Assembly: GCA_963792965.1 (NCBI GenBank)
Contig: CAWBYW010000007.1
Span: 224,001-288,000 of the forward strand
Direction of reading: 5' to 3'
DNA: 64,000 nucleotides
Origin: an uncultured delta proteobacterium
GTDB taxonomy: Bacteria; Desulfobacterota; Zymogenia; Zymogenales; Zymogenaceae
Each line of letters starts with the position of its first letter. The stretch's first letter is position 1. Positions 1 through 12,942 of this stretch are shown piece after piece. Below the pieces are notes generated by a model, which ran no database searches, was not told where the DNA came from, and was given only the letters and a program-made list of their open reading frames with translations. The position numbers and the translations under genes are program-made.

Positions 1-66
1 AAACTGAAAGAGGAGAAAGAGGACAAACCAGCCCAGGATCACCAAGAGGTAACGGTTCTTCTTCAT
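1..66 (-). CDS. 5' end of a membrane or secreted protein (truncated by window edge)
   Basis: ATG at 64-66 overlaps the nfi stop (ATGA); reads MKKNRYLLVILGWFVLFLLFQF, a basic N-terminus plus hydrophobic helix. Confidence 0.55.
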   Translation of the reverse strand, partial: MKKNRYLLVILGWFVLFLLFQF

Positions 67-748
67 TGCTGAGATTTCTTTTCCTTTCTGAGCCTGTTGA
101 CGAGGATATGGGCTGCCCTTACCGGCTCCGGTATACGATATCGGCCCGTCGCCGACATGACCAGGCCGACGGCCCCCTCGCAAGAGATCAGGTTTCCCGG
201 GGAAACGAAAACCGGGCGCGCGTTATCTTTTGTCCTGACCGCATATCCTACCGTCTCGTTTTTATCGATCAGGGGGGCACTGCTCCCCGTTCGCTTTTCA
301 CCTCGCCGTGCTCTCCCACCAGTCTCGTCTTGGCGCACCCCGCAGAGGGAATGCCGAGAATAAGCCCCAAATGGGACGCAAGCCCAAAGCGCCTCGGATG
401 GGCGATCCCTTGTCCGTCGAAAATCACGGCCTGGGGGACCGTGGAGAGCTTTTCGAATGCGGCCAGCATGATCGGCCCTTCACGGAACGAAAGGAGGCCG
501 GGGATATAGGGGAAGCCGACCCGGGATACATGATGCACGCTCTCGATCACCTCAAAAGTCACGATATCCATCACGACGACGGCCGCATAGAAGAGCTCGC
601 CCCACTTCTCATACGAGACGTCGGCCCCGGCGACGAGCCTTATCCCGTCACCCGAGCCGAAGAGCACGAGCCGCTCCTTGAGCCGCTCCTGGAGGGCCGC
701 CGCCCGCCCGTAGTCGAGATCCCAGGGGTGAATGGCATCGACGATCAC
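63..748 (-). CDS. nfi: Endonuclease V (frameshift near 270-290)
   Basis: VAGADVSY, FPYIPGLLSFRE and DGQGIAHPRRFGLASHLG motifs in 269..748; C-terminal VFVSPG...YRIPEPVRAAH in 63..338. Confidence 0.9.
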
Positions 749-1524
749 AGTCTTAGATATACCTCGTCATCAACGGCCGCCCCGATTTCTTTTTGGGCGC
801 TTCCGCGATTTACGGCGATCTCTAAAAAATCCGAGCTCCCCAGAAGCGCCATTGCGTCTCCCGGTTTTCCTCTTCCGTAATGATCCGATAGTCCTTGTAT
901 TCTCGTCTGTAGCACCGCGATCTCCCTCACAATCTCACGGCCCGTGAGGCGGACGTTCGTTATGAGGTTTCCGAACCGATCGATATGGAGCACGATTCCC
1001 CTGATCTCATTTCCCGTCCGCTCGGCCGCAGGAAAGGGAATGGTGATGGGGTCGCTAACGGGCGGCCCGAGGTCCTCCACCGAAACTCCTCTTGAGAGGT
1101 GCGCGGCCGCCGGTGCGAAGATGTCCCTGCCGTGGAACGTCCCCGAGATCGCCGGCAGGATATAGTCCGGCTCCTTGATTTCGGCGATAACGGCCCTCTT
1201 GGTATTTCCTATCGCCCACGTGAGGATCCCGTTGTCCGGACCGACGAACGTGAAATCATCAGTCCTGGCGGCGATCGCCCGGCGTCCCCCCCCTACCCCG
1301 GGATCAACAACCGCCACATGTACGGTTCCCTTGGGAAAATAGCGGGCGGAGATAAGGAGGGCAAATGCCCCCTCCCGGACGTTTTGCGCGGAGATCCCGT
1401 GGGTCAGGTCTATGACGACGGCCTCGGGGTTGATCGATGCGATGACCCCCTTCACGATACCCGCGAAGGGATCCCGCGTACCGAAGTCTGTCGTTAGTGT
1501 TATAAGCGACTGCCCGACACCCAC
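745..1524 (-). CDS. SAM hydrolase / SAM-dependent halogenase family (DUF62)
   Basis: ITLTTDFG, VVDPGVG, GPDNG, TFHGRDIFAP, DRFGNLITN motifs. Confidence 0.9.
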   Translation of the reverse strand: MGVGQSLITLTTDFGTRDPFAGIVKGVIASINPEAVVIDLTHGISAQNVREGAFALLISARYFPKGTVHVAVVDPGVGGGRRAIAARTDDFTFVGPDNGILTWAIGNTKRAVIAEIKEPDYILPAISGTFHGRDIFAPAAAHLSRGVSVEDLGPPVSDPITIPFPAAERTGNEIRGIVLHIDRFGNLITNVRLTGREIVREIAVLQTRIQGLSDHYGRGKPGDAMALLGSSDFLEIAVNRGSAQKEIGAAVDDEVYLRL

Positions 1525-1599
1525 GCTTTGGCCTTCTTCTCCTGCTTGTCTTAAAGTAACATACCAGTCATGGACAAGTCAAGAGACGACCGTAAATAG

Positions 1600-3935
<2,336 letters not shown>

Positions 3936-3936
3936 T

Positions 3937-4933
3937 ATGAAAGAGGCTCTTTTCTACGAGGCCCTTCCCGAGGAGAAAGTCCGATGTTTCCTGTGTCCGC
4001 ATAACTGCGTGATCGCACAGGGAAAGCGGGGTATTTGCAGCGTCAGGCAGAACCATAACGGCAAGCTCATCGCCCTCACCTACGAGCACCCCGCCTCCTC
4101 CCAGATGGACCCGATCGAAAAAAAACCCCTCTATCACTTTCACCCCGGCTCGGAAATCCTCTCATTCGGCAGCGTCGGCTGCAACTTTTCGTGCGGTTTC
4201 TGTCAGAACTGGTCCCTCGTCTCGAGTCCCGTTCCCCGCTCGACGCTTCCTGCGGCCGAAGTGCCGATACTTGCCGAAAAACATGGCTCCATCGGCGTGG
4301 CGTGGACCTACAACGAGCCCTTCATCTGGTACGAATATATCATGGACGCGGGACGGCTCGTCAGGGAGGCGGGCCTGACGAACGTGCTGGTCACCAACGG
4401 GTACGTAAATCCTGAGCCGCTCCGGGCGATGCTCCCGATCATCGATGCCATGAACATAGATCTGAAATCGATCAACGATTCGTTTTACCGCAAAAACTGC
4501 AAGGGACGCGTCGATCCGGTCTGCGAGACGATCCGCCTTTCCCACAGCGAATGCCTCGTGGAGGTCACTAACCTCCTGATCCCGGGAGAAAACGATTCAA
4601 GGGAGGATATCGAGCGACTCGTCGAATTCATTGCCGGAGTCGATAAAGAGATCCCGCTTCACTTCTCCCGGTACTTCCCCCATCGCTCGTTCGAGAGCCC
4701 CCCTACCCCTCCGGAGACCCTGCTCATGGCCTACGAGATCGCCAAGCAAGAGCCTTAGCTACGTCTATCTCGGTAACGTCATGCTCGAAGCCGGGAACGA
4801 CACCCACTGCCCCCACTGTGGCGCCCTCGTGGTCCGGCGGCGAGGCTACGATACTCACGTAGAGGGTCTTCTGAACAACGCCTGCGCCTCCTGTCACCGC
4901 ATACTTAATTTTATTTATAAGGGTACGTCATGA
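3937..4933 (+). CDS. amrS: AmmeMemoRadiSam system radical SAM enzyme (frameshift near 4747)
   Basis: CFLCPHNC, DPIEKKPLYHFHPG, CNFSCGFCQNW, TYNEP; C-terminal YVYLGN...CPHCG...CASC lies in the second frame (4631..4933). Confidence 0.88.
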
Positions 4934-5538
4934 AGAAAATTGTGCTGATCCTTGCGTTTCTGAGCCTTTTTGGATGCGGTCCCTCCGTCAGTGAGACGAA
5001 GCCCGCGAAATTCATCCCAAGATTTTCTGAAGACGCTACCCCAAAAGGATTTGAGTTTGAAGGCAATACCGTTACGTACAAGGTCATGGATTCCACGGTT
5101 AAGATTAAATACATGGAACCGTCGGATATCGACCTTTTCTTTCTGAAGCACAATCTTCCCAATCCGTTCATCGGCTCCGCGAGTCTGCAGGAGAACCTGA
5201 CATTGTTTCTGCTGACCTTTGTTAACAACGAGAAGAGGATGATGAGGTTCGACCCCCGGAGGGCTTCCATCTATATCGGCAACAGATATTATCGAGGTTC
5301 ATATGACTACACGGAGGTCATGATTGCCTTTGAAAAATTCAATCCCGGGGCAGACAGCTCTCTTTTCAAAAAGACGATGTACGATCTCGAACTCGATATT
5401 CAACCCGGGAGCACCGTCGAGGGGCTCTTGATTTTCCCGTTTATCCCCAAGCACTCAAAGAAGATTGTTGTCATGGTTGACGGCATTCTTATCGCAGATC
5501 AGACGTTCGGCATACCCTTTGAATTCGATGAAAAATAA
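4930..5538 (+). CDS. Hypothetical lipoprotein
   Basis: MKKIVLILAFLSLFGC signal peptide with lipobox; coupled to the amrS stop (ATGA). Confidence 0.75.
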   Translation: MKKIVLILAFLSLFGCGPSVSETKPAKFIPRFSEDATPKGFEFEGNTVTYKVMDSTVKIKYMEPSDIDLFFLKHNLPNPFIGSASLQENLTLFLLTFVNNEKRMMRFDPRRASIYIGNRYYRGSYDYTEVMIAFEKFNPGADSSLFKKTMYDLELDIQPGSTVEGLLIFPFIPKHSKKIVVMVDGILIADQTFGIPFEFDEK

Positions 5539-5619
5539 TATGTTGACAAGGTATTTGCGCAGTGGTAGCGTTGTTAGGGTGGGTCAATTCATCTGCGTTT
5601 TTAAAGCGGGAGAACTTGA

Positions 5620-6123
5620 ATGATATCAGAGAGACTGGTAAGGCTCATCGAAAACGATGCGGACATCCTTACGAAGAACTGGCTTCACGACGTCCGGCAA
5701 AATCCCACCACCCCCACCTACCAGGGCTTCCCCGAAGAAAAGCTCTACCAGCGCGCGAACTTTATCTACAGCCAGCTCGGCCACTGGATATCGAGAAAGA
5801 CCGGGAAGGGAGAGGTTCGAGCGTACTACACAAAACTCGGCGCCGAGCGGTTAAACGAGGGGTTTGCCCTTTATGAAGTCGTTAGCGCAATCATTCTCCT
5901 TAAGCGCCATCTGTGGCTCCACGTGCTGTCCGATGGGCAGCTTTCCACGGCCTTTGAGCTGTACCAATCGCTGGAGCTCAACAACCGAGTCGTGCTCTTT
6001 TTCGACCGGGCCGTCTACTATACGATCATCGGGTACGAAGACGCCCTGAGAAAGAGGGCGAAGAAGGAAAAGGGATTCTTCGGCAAGCTCCTCGGGCGCG
6101 AGAAAAAGGAGAAAAAGGGGTAA
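5620..6123 (+). CDS. Stand-alone RsbRD_N / HisK_N-like (non-haem globin fold) protein
   Basis: LTKNW...YYTKLGAERLNEGFALYEVVSAIILLKRHLW...FFDRAVYYTIIGYE pattern; own TTGACA-17-TAGCGT promoter at ~5544-5572. Confidence 0.65.
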   Translation: MISERLVRLIENDADILTKNWLHDVRQNPTTPTYQGFPEEKLYQRANFIYSQLGHWISRKTGKGEVRAYYTKLGAERLNEGFALYEVVSAIILLKRHLWLHVLSDGQLSTAFELYQSLELNNRVVLFFDRAVYYTIIGYEDALRKRAKKEKGFFGKLLGREKKEKKG

Positions 6124-6223
6124 TCGGCGCCCCATCCGCATGGGGTGACCGCGGCGCTATCCCCCGGGATCTGTCGTTCGCTCCTCACATCGCCTATCAG
6201 GATCGCCTCCGGTCGTCGAGCCC

Positions 6224-7081
6224 TTACTTTTTATACTTGATGATCTCGGTGTAGGCCACTTTCGTCGGGATACCGAGAAGAACTGAGATGGCCTCGGCCG
6301 CTTCCCTTGTTTTCTTCTCCGGATGCCCGGCTCTATATCGTGCCACCTCTCGTCTTACTGTCTCCAGATCTATCCCCGTCTCATCCTCCCTCTCCCTTCC
6401 GGCCAGGACGATGACCACCTCTCCGCGGAGATTCGGCCGTCGGTCGATTTCGGTAAGGACCTCCGACACCTTCCCCCTGATGACCTCCTCGTGCACCTTG
6501 GTCATCTCCCGACAGAGGGCACAACGGCGGTCTCCCGCGCAATCCAGGATATCGACGAGCGTTTCTCTTACCCTCTGCGGTGATTCGAAAATGACGACGG
6601 TCTTCGTCTCCCGGCCGATGTCCAACAACACTATCCGTCTCTTTTTCCCTTTTCGGGGTAAGAATCCGAGGAATACAAACTGGGACGTGTCAAGTCCCGA
6701 AATGGAGAGAGCGCACAGGATGGAGGAAGCGCCGGGAATCTGGACCACGTCGATCCCTTCCCGAATACAAAGAGATATCAGGTGGGCTCCCGGATCGGAG
6801 ATGCCCGGAGTTCCCGCATCGGTTACGAGCGCGACCCTTCTGCCTTCTCCGAGCGCGTCCATGATACTCCGGGCCGCCTTCTCACGATTCTGCTCACGGT
6901 AGCTGACAAGGCTTCCCGTTATCTGATACGCCGAGAGGAGCCTTCTGGTGATCCGGGTGTCTTCTGCGGCGATAAGATCCACGGATTTCAGCGTCTCCAG
7001 GGCACGCAGCGTTATGTCCTTGAGGTTTCCGATGGGGGTCGAGACCACAAAGAGCGCACTCTTTTTTTTGTTATTTTCCAT
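6224..7081 (-). CDS. rsmI: 16S rRNA (cytidine1402-2'-O)-methyltransferase
   Basis: STPIGNLKDITLRA, AAEDTR, DAGTPGISDPG, REMTKVHEE; likely start MENNKKK at 7081. Confidence 0.95.
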   Translation of the reverse strand: MENNKKKSALFVVSTPIGNLKDITLRALETLKSVDLIAAEDTRITRRLLSAYQITGSLVSYREQNREKAARSIMDALGEGRRVALVTDAGTPGISDPGAHLISLCIREGIDVVQIPGASSILCALSISGLDTSQFVFLGFLPRKGKKRRIVLLDIGRETKTVVIFESPQRVRETLVDILDCAGDRRCALCREMTKVHEEVIRGKVSEVLTEIDRRPNLRGEVVIVLAGREREDETGIDLETVRREVARYRAGHPEKKTREAAEAISVLLGIPTKVAYTEIIKYKK

Positions 7082-7142
7082 AAAAAATGTCTTGATTAAG
7101 CCGGTTTTCTTGATATAATACAAAAGTTTTTGGAGGTCAACT

Positions 7143-7331
7143 ATGAGTCGAGTCTGCGATATCTGTGGAAAGAGGCCCGTCGTCGGCCATAACGTCAGCC
7201 ACGCCCACAACATCACCAAGCGGAGATGGTATCCTAACCTTCATGAGATGCGTACGCGCGTCGGAAGCAAGATGGTCCGCGTGAAAGTCTGTACACGCTG
7301 TATCCGCTCGGGACTGGTAACGAAGGTATAA
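7143..7331 (+). CDS. rpmB: 50S ribosomal protein L28
   Basis: [10 protein letters not shown]...[18 protein letters not shown]...CTRC; GGAGG RBS; TTGATT-16-TATAAT promoter at 7092-7119. Confidence 0.97.
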   Translation: MSRVCDICGKRPVVGHNVSHAHNITKRRWYPNLHEMRTRVGSKMVRVKVCTRCIRSGLVTKV

Positions 7332-7558
7332 TCCACCGTCATCCTGGCTTAAAGAATTAACTTCCGCGCCCGGCAAGGTGCTTCGGCACGAAGGCGGCCG
7401 CAAGAAGATACCTTTCAATCGTCGATATATCAGGGCACGACACGTCGTGTCTCTTTTTTATTCCCCATACACGGCATCCGGTTACCGGCGACGCCCCGGC
7501 GTCATGACCTTCTCGATACCGGTGGGTCTCCGGCCGTCCGTTGTGTCGGGCCGGGACG

Positions 7559-9712
7559 TCACACGATCCGCTGAACGCTGATAACATCCTTCACCTTTTC
7601 CACCGACCTGATGACCTTTCTGAGATGCTCCAGATCGCTGATCTGGAGGGCAAATTCGCACCTGGCTTTGTTGTCGTCCATTGTACGGGCAACCACCTCG
7701 GCGATATTGGCCTCCGCGTCTGATATAGCTTCCGCAATCGAGGCCAGTACGCCCTTCTTGTCCTCGCAGACCACCATTATCCGCGCCTTATAGACGTTCT
7801 TCTCGCTGACGTCCCACTGGACGTCAACGATCCGTTCCGCCGGCAGATCCAAGACATTCGGGCAATCCATCGTATGTATGGTGACCCCCCTGCCCCTGGT
7901 GATGAACCCGACGATCTTGTCTCCCGGGACGGGATTGCAGCAGTTGGCAAACTTCGTCATGATATCATTGACGCCCTTGATCAGGACGCCCCCGGCCTTG
8001 CTTCCCTTCTTTTCCGCCTTCCGCTTCTTTGCCGACTCCTCGGCAGCCGCCGGCTCGGACGCCTTGATCTCTTCCTTGGGAACGAAAAATTCAACAATTT
8101 GCTGGGCCGATATCCGCGCGTTGGCGACCTTCGAGACGAGATCGTCGAGATCCTTCGTCTTAAGGCTCTCGATGGCCGACTTCATCGTCTGAGAATGCAT
8201 GTGTTTCTGGAAGCTGAGGCCGAACTTTCGGAACTCCTTGTCGAGGATCTCCTTGCCGAAGCTGATGCTTCGCTCCTTTTGTTCGTTGATCAGCCAGTGC
8301 TTGATCTTCTGCTTCGCCTTCGAGGTCACCACCAGACGGAGCCAGTCCTTGCTCGGTTTCTGTTTGTTGTTTGTGACGATCTCGACGATGTCGCCGTTTA
8401 GGAGCTGGTAGCGTATCGGGACGAGCTTGCCGTTGACCTTAGCGCCGACACACTTGTTGCCGACGTCAGTGTGGATCGCGTAGGCAAAATCAATAGGGGT
8501 TGCCCCCTTCGGGAACGCCTTGACCTCTCCCTTGGGCGTGAAGACGTAGACTTCTTCCGGGAAAAGATCGACCTTCACGGTTTTTAAAAACTCGGCCGGA
8601 TCTTTGAGGTCCTGCTGCCATTCGATGAGGCGCTGCATCCAGTCGTAGCTCTTCAGGTCCTGTTTCTTAATCCCCTCTTTCCCCTCCTTATATCGCCAGT
8701 GGGCCGCGATACCTTTTTCCGCGATTTTGTGCATCTCTTCGGTCCTGATCTGCACCTCGATCCGCTCGCCGTACGGACCGATCACCGTCGTGTGGAGGCT
8801 CTGGTACATATTCGGCTTGGGCATCGCAATATAGTCTTTGAAGCGGCCGGGAACGGGCTTCCAGAGTGAATGGATGATGCCCAGCGTCCCATAGCAGTCT
8901 TTGAGGGAATCGACGATGATGCGAAAAGCGATCTTATCGTAGACCTCGTCGAACCCGACCTCCTGGTCACGCATCTTGGAGTAGATGCCGTACATATGCT
9001 TGATCCGACTCTGGAGGCGGGCTTCAATGTTGTTTTTCTTAAGCTCCTTCTCGATAATGGAAAGGACCTCCTTTGAGTACTTATCGATCTCCTTCTTTTT
9101 CGATTCGAGTCTATCGGACATCTCTTTATAGACGTCAGGCCGTAAGGTCTCAAACGCCAGGTCTTCAAGCTCGGTCTTGATCCAGCCGATACCGAGGCGA
9201 TTTGCCAGCGGTGCGTAGATATCCATCGTTTCCTGGGCGACCGCTTCCCGGCGGTCGGGCGGCAGATACTGGATCGTCCTCATGTTATGGAGCCGGTCGG
9301 AAAGCTTGATGAGGAGGACCCGGATATCCTTCGCCATGGCGAGGATCATCTTGCGAAAGTTTTCGGCCTGGCGCTCCTCGGTGTTGGAAAAGCTCATCCG
9401 CGAGATCTTCGTGAGGCCGTCAACAAGATGCTTGATCTCGGGCCCGAAGACCTTCTCGATTTCGTCGATGGTGGTCAGCGTATCCTCAACGGTATCGTGT
9501 AGGAGTCCCGTGGCGATCGTGGGGACGTCCATCGTCAGCTCGGTGAGGATGTAGGCGACTTCGAGGGGGTGCGTCAGATACGGCTCACCCGACAGGCGGG
9601 TCTGCCCCTGATGGACCTTCGCGGAAAAGACGTAGGCCCGCTGGATTACCTCGAGATCCGCGTCCGGAAGGTAGGATTGAACCTTATCGGTGATATCGTT
9701 GAGACGTATCAT
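7559..9712 (-). CDS. spoT: Bifunctional (p)ppGpp synthetase/hydrolase (RelA/SpoT)
   Basis: HD hydrolase motif (LLHDTVED), RFKDYIAMPKPNMYQSLHT, TGS and ACT domains. Confidence 0.96.
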   Translation of the reverse strand: MIRLNDITDKVQSYLPDADLEVIQRAYVFSAKVHQGQTRLSGEPYLTHPLEVAYILTELTMDVPTIATGLLHDTVEDTLTTIDEIEKVFGPEIKHLVDGLTKISRMSFSNTEERQAENFRKMILAMAKDIRVLLIKLSDRLHNMRTIQYLPPDRREAVAQETMDIYAPLANRLGIGWIKTELEDLAFETLRPDVYKEMSDRLESKKKEIDKYSKEVLSIIEKELKKNNIEARLQSRIKHMYGIYSKMRDQEVGFDEVYDKIAFRIIVDSLKDCYGTLGIIHSLWKPVPGRFKDYIAMPKPNMYQSLHTTVIGPYGERIEVQIRTEEMHKIAEKGIAAHWRYKEGKEGIKKQDLKSYDWMQRLIEWQQDLKDPAEFLKTVKVDLFPEEVYVFTPKGEVKAFPKGATPIDFAYAIHTDVGNKCVGAKVNGKLVPIRYQLLNGDIVEIVTNNKQKPSKDWLRLVVTSKAKQKIKHWLINEQKERSISFGKEILDKEFRKFGLSFQKHMHSQTMKSAIESLKTKDLDDLVSKVANARISAQQIVEFFVPKEEIKASEPAAAEESAKKRKAEKKGSKAGGVLIKGVNDIMTKFANCCNPVPGDKIVGFITRGRGVTIHTMDCPNVLDLPAERIVDVQWDVSEKNVYKARIMVVCEDKKGVLASIAEAISDAEANIAEVVARTMDDNKARCEFALQISDLEHLRKVIRSVEKVKDVISVQRIV

Positions 9713-9902
9713 GCTTCTGTTCGGCCGGTTCTTCCAATGACCGGCACCTTCTCACTGTCTTGTCACGGAGTCCGGAGACAAGTCGTTGTCGCAAGCCTTA
9801 ATTGGCTTGGGCTCTTCGATTACACAGTAGATTCACGTTATCCCTCCCCAGTATCACCATCTATCCGCGAAAAGAATACGTGGTGGGAAAGAATACGATT
9901 GA

Positions 9903-10965
9903 CTATTTACGCGCCATCTTATCGATCTCGTCCATCAAGGCGTCCACCATCTCGGCCTCCTTGAGCTTCCTGATGATCTTTCCTTTCTTGAACAGGAGTC
10001 CGTATTTCTTTCCTCCGCAGATCCCTATGTCGGCCTCCCGGGCCTCGCCCGGGCCGTTAACCTCACATCCCATGACGGCGACGGTTATCGGGAGCTCGTA
10101 ACCGGCAAGACGGGTCTCGACCTGTTGGGCCATCGAGACGATATCCATCTCGGTCCTCCCGCACGTGGGGCAGACGATTACTTCGACGCCCCTTTTGGCG
10201 AGCCCGAGGGACGAGAGAATCGTATAGGCGCACATTACCTCCATGAGGGGATCCCCCGCAAGGCTCACGCGGATCGTGTCGCCGATTCCCTCCGACAAAA
10301 GGACCCCGATCCCAACCGATGACTTGACGGCCCCCCGAAAAACGGTCCCCGCCTCCGTTACCCCCACGTGAAGGGGATAATCCGTGACCCGGGAGATCGA
10401 TCGGTAGGCCGCGATCGTATCCATGACACCGGTCGACTTCAGCGACAGTTTGATGTTAGTGAATCCCCACCCCTCGCAGAGGTGGATTGATCTCAGAGCG
10501 CTCTCCACCAGGGCGTCGGGAAGTGGCGCGCCGTATTTTTTTAACAGGTCCTTTTCGAGCGACCCGGAATTGACGCCGATTCGGATGGCGACTTTTTCTT
10601 TGCGCGCCCGCTCTACGATCTCAAAAAGCCGCTTCTCGCCCCCTATATTGCCGGGGTTAATGCGAATTCCCGCCGCTCCCCCGTCCATGCTCATGAGCGC
10701 CAGACGCCAGTTGAAATGGATATCCGCGATGATCGGAACCGAAGACCGGCGGACGATCGCCCCGAGGGCTACGGCCGCTTCCTTGTCCTTTACCGCCACC
10801 CGGACGATCCGACACCCGGACTCGGCAAGCGCTTCTATCTGTTGTACGGTGTCGGCGACATTTCTTGTATCGGTCTTGGTCATCGACTGGACGACGACGG
10901 GATTATCTCCACCGATGCTGACGGGGCCGACATTGATAACGCGTGTTTTTCTTTCGTGTGATCAT
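9903..10965 (-). CDS. ispG: 4-hydroxy-3-methylbut-2-en-1-yl diphosphate synthase (extra A in a run at ~10946-10950)
   Basis: RINPGNIG, GIGDTIRVSL, CPTCGR, VMGCEVNGPGEA; removing one A restores the N-terminus [29 protein letters not shown]. Confidence 0.95.
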
Positions 10966-10996
10966 GGCAGACGAGGTTGAAGGTTCGGTGGTTCTT

Positions 10997-11138
10997 GTCC
11001 GGCCCTTCGGCCTTGTGAGGGATAGCAGGGAAGACAGGAGTACGTCCCGGACGGAGGCCGGGCAAGGAATAAACGCAGGCCCGTGCTTACCCTCATGTGC
11101 CTTCGGGCACGTGACCTTATCCTCGGTGCGGGCCGGAC
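10997..11138. ncRNA. Candidate structured RNA element upstream of ispG
   Basis: Nested pairings GTCCGGCCC/GGGCCGGAC, TGAGGG/CCCTCA, AGCA-GGG/CCC-G-TGCT, CCCGG/CCGGG, GTGCC-TTCG-GGCAC; no family recognised. Confidence 0.35.
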
Positions 11139-11510
11139 GGCCTCTCGATAGCTGATGGCGCCGACGACTCTTATCCCGTCGAATCCGAGGAAACGGAACG
11201 GGTCGCCGGTTATGGGTCGATATCCTTAGGGATAGATGTTTATGGTGATGGGTGGTTTGTCTGGAAATGGGTCAAGGGACATCTGCGTTATTCTATCTAT
11301 TCCACATGATCTATTTTCTCTTTTGTAACATAATTTACCTACTTTTACAAATAAATTATAGCCTCAATCGTCTACAACCCGGTAGACGAACGGCCACTCC
11401 ATCGAAAGGACACGGTTAACGTGTGCCGGACCTGCTCGTCGCGCTTTTCAAGATGCCGACGGACTCATCCGGCCGGACGGCGAAAGGAGAAAACGACATG
11501 CGTCTGGGGA

Positions 11511-12174
11511 TTATACGTTCCCATCCTCCTTGTGATGCTTGAGGATCTTTCCCTGTACCATGAAGATCGTATCCTCGCACATGTTCGTCGAAAGGTCGGC
11601 GATCCTCTCAAGCTCGCGGGCGATTCGCAGGATATGGAGGGACCGCTCGATGGTGGTGGGATCCGAGGATCATGAAGGTTATCAGCTCACGGAGTATCTG
11701 CTCGCCGAGGTTGTCGACATCCTCGTCACGCTCGAAGACGCTCTCGGCAAGGGCCGAGTTCTCCTCGACGAATGCGTTGATGCCGTCTTTGAGCATTTGA
11801 ATGGCGATCCCCGCCATGCGGGGCGTGTCGATAAGAGGCTTGACCTGCGGCCGCTCGATCAGAAAAAGCGCGCTCTCGGCCGTATTAACGGCGTGGTCGC
11901 CCATTCTCTCCAGATCGTTATTGATCTGCATGACCATGAGAATCGTACGCACGTCTCTGGCCATCGGCTGATACTGGGCGATGAGGGCGACGCACTGTTC
12001 CTCAATTTCGATTTCGTAATTATTTGCTTTTTCTTCCATCGTATCGATGACCTCTTTGAGCAACGCCTGATTCTTCTTGACCAGGCCGTCGATGCTGCTT
12101 TCGATCATCTTCTCGACGAGTGAGGCAAAATTGATGATATCACGTTTGAGGAGGACTATTCTTTCTTCAAGCAT
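11511..12174 (-). CDS. phoU: Phosphate signalling protein PhoU (frameshift near 11667)
   Basis: QPMARDVR, DLERMGDHA, DEDVD; after removing one C the frame continues SDPTTIERSLHILRIARELERIADLSTNMCEDTIF to TAA at 11511. Confidence 0.93.
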
Positions 12175-12183
12175 ATCCTGATC

Positions 12184-12942
12184 CTAACTGAATTTCCCTG
12201 TTAAATACTCTTCGGTCTTCTTATTCTCCGGAACGGTGAACATCTTCTGGGTCGTACCAAATTCAACCAGCTCGCCGAGATACATAAACGCCGTGTAGTC
12301 CGAGACACGGGCAGCCTGGGCATTGTTATGCGTAACGATGAGGATAGTGACGGTATCCTTCAGCTCCACCATCAGCTCTTCGATGCGGGAGGTCGCCTTG
12401 GGGTCCAATGCCGACGTCGGTTCGTCCAGAAGAATAACCTCGGGCCTCATGGCGAGCGCACGGGCGATACAGAGCCGCTGTTGTTGGCCGCCCGAAAGAA
12501 AAGTCCCCTTACGGTGAAGCACGTCTTTTACCTCGTCCCAGAGGGCCGCTTTTTTGAGGGATTCTTCGACGATCCCGTTCATTTCGTCTCTTGAGAGGTG
12601 AAAGCCGTTCAAACGGTAACCGGCCACGATATTATCGTAGATGCTCATGGTAGGAAACGGATTGGGCTTCTGGAAGACCATGCCGATCTTTCTCCTGACG
12701 AGAATCGGGTTCATGGAGGAGATATCGTCTTGGTGGAGGAATATCTTACCGGTGATCGTCGCGTCGGGCACCAGCTCGTGCATCCGGTTAATGCAGCGGA
12801 TCAGCGTCGTTTTCCCGCATCCGGAGGGGCCCATGATCGCCGTTACCTGATTCTTCGGAAATGACACGGTGACGTCCTTGACGGCACGCTCCTTGTGAAA
12901 AAAGGCCGACAGGTTTTCCGTCCGTAAGAAAGTATCGCTCAT
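12184..12942 (-). CDS. pstB: Phosphate ABC transporter ATPase
   Basis: GPSGCGKTT, FQKPNPFPTMSIYDN, LSGGQQQRLCIARA, TEEYLTGKF. Confidence 0.96.
   Translation of the reverse strand: MSDTFLRTENLSAFFHKERAVKDVTVSFPKNQVTAIMGPSGCGKTTLIRCINRMHELVPDATITGKIFLHQDDISSMNPILVRRKIGMVFQKPNPFPTMSIYDNIVAGYRLNGFHLSRDEMNGIVEESLKKAALWDEVKDVLHRKGTFLSGGQQQRLCIARALAMRPEVILLDEPTSALDPKATSRIEELMVELKDTVTILIVTHNNAQAARVSDYTAFMYLGELVEFGTTQKMFTVPENKKTEEYLTGKFS

Noticed and set aside
11321-11360. Second Pho box in the AT-rich patch downstream of phoU
   Set aside because: The TTTAC-like units are spaced 9-10 bp, are degenerate and have no clear target ORF.
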